Virus record (IMG/VR): IMGVR_UViG_3300042261_002390
Span: 1-64,000 of that record
Length of the DNA stretch: 64,000 bases
Reading direction: 5' to 3' (one strand)
Part shown: positions 63,816-64,000 of the stretch, one piece after another
Position numbering within the stretch: the stretch's first letter is position 1
How the letters are laid out: each line of letters starts with the position of its first letter
The notes under the pieces: model-generated
The model's input: only the letters and a program-made list of their open reading frames with translations
Databases searched by the model: none
What the model was told of the DNA's origin: nothing
Translations under genes and position numbers: made by a program

Positions 63816-64000
63816 CATAATATTAAATGTTTATAAGAGACCATATATGTTGGAAAAACAGATTGAAGCAATAAAAAATCAATCAATATCCATTAAAAGT
63901 GAAAATATTCATGTTTGGTATAATAATGGCGATGTAGTTCAACATACTCCAAATGATAAAAATATAAAAACATATTTATGTAATTGGAATAGTAAGTTTT
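63808..64000 (+). CDS. Partial GT2-like protein (truncated by window end; not in track)
   Basis: MISIILNVYKRPYMLEKQIEAIKNQS...VWYNN, open to the window edge. Confidence 0.65.
   Translation, partial: MISIILNVYKRPYMLEKQIEAIKNQSISIKSENIHVWYNNGDVVQHTPNDKNIKTYLCNWNSKF

Noticed and set aside
1-64000. Alternative genetic code (stop-codon recoding, as in some large phages)
   Set aside because: Core genes are full length under the standard code and end in TAA, TAG (portal, gp26-like) and TGA (667-1266) with tight gene packing; no fragmentation
1-64000. Eukaryotic giant-virus or bacterial chromosome origin
   Set aside because: A complete T4-like head and contractile-tail gene set with bacterial terminators indicates a tailed bacteriophage

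Overview
AT-rich (roughly 28% GC by eye), gene-dense segment of a large T4-like myophage (jumbo-phage style) genome. It carries most of the virion morphogenesis genes: terminase large subunit, portal, prohead protease, scaffold, gp23-type major capsid protein, neck gp13/gp14-like, tail terminator, sheath, tube, gp5-OB spike, gp26/gp51-like chaperones, tape measure, tube initiator and LysM wedge. These are interleaved with oppositely oriented blocks of replication and metabolic genes (UvrD helicase, ThyA, dUTPase, PhoH, HAD nucleotidase, PD-(D/E)XK nuclease, sigma-like factor), two glycosyltransferase clusters and two GIY-YIG endonucleases. The standard genetic code fits. No tRNA, rRNA or CRISPR array was seen. 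Bacteroidota-type TTG-N19/20-TAnnTTTG promoters and the lack of Shine-Dalgarno sites suggest a Bacteroidota host (inference). Most notable observations: (1) a Mom-family DNA-modification domain fused to a GIY-YIG homing endonuclease, with its own host-type promoter nested in the capsid-gene terminator; (2) a shared N-terminal leader (KxxLFExMxx...LNE) on at least five unrelated late proteins, a candidate capsid-targeting signal; (3) a late-promoter-like motif (A/G/T/C)GTATTTAT before nearly all structural genes, whose TATTTATA core is the reverse complement of the T4 late promoter; (4) apparent purging of GATC and CCWGG sites, with forced codon choice; (5) a probable -1 frameshift joining the gp26-like and gp51-like chaperones; (6) an OmpA-like domain inserted in the tail-tube initiator. 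All functional calls are motif- and synteny-based, with no database search.
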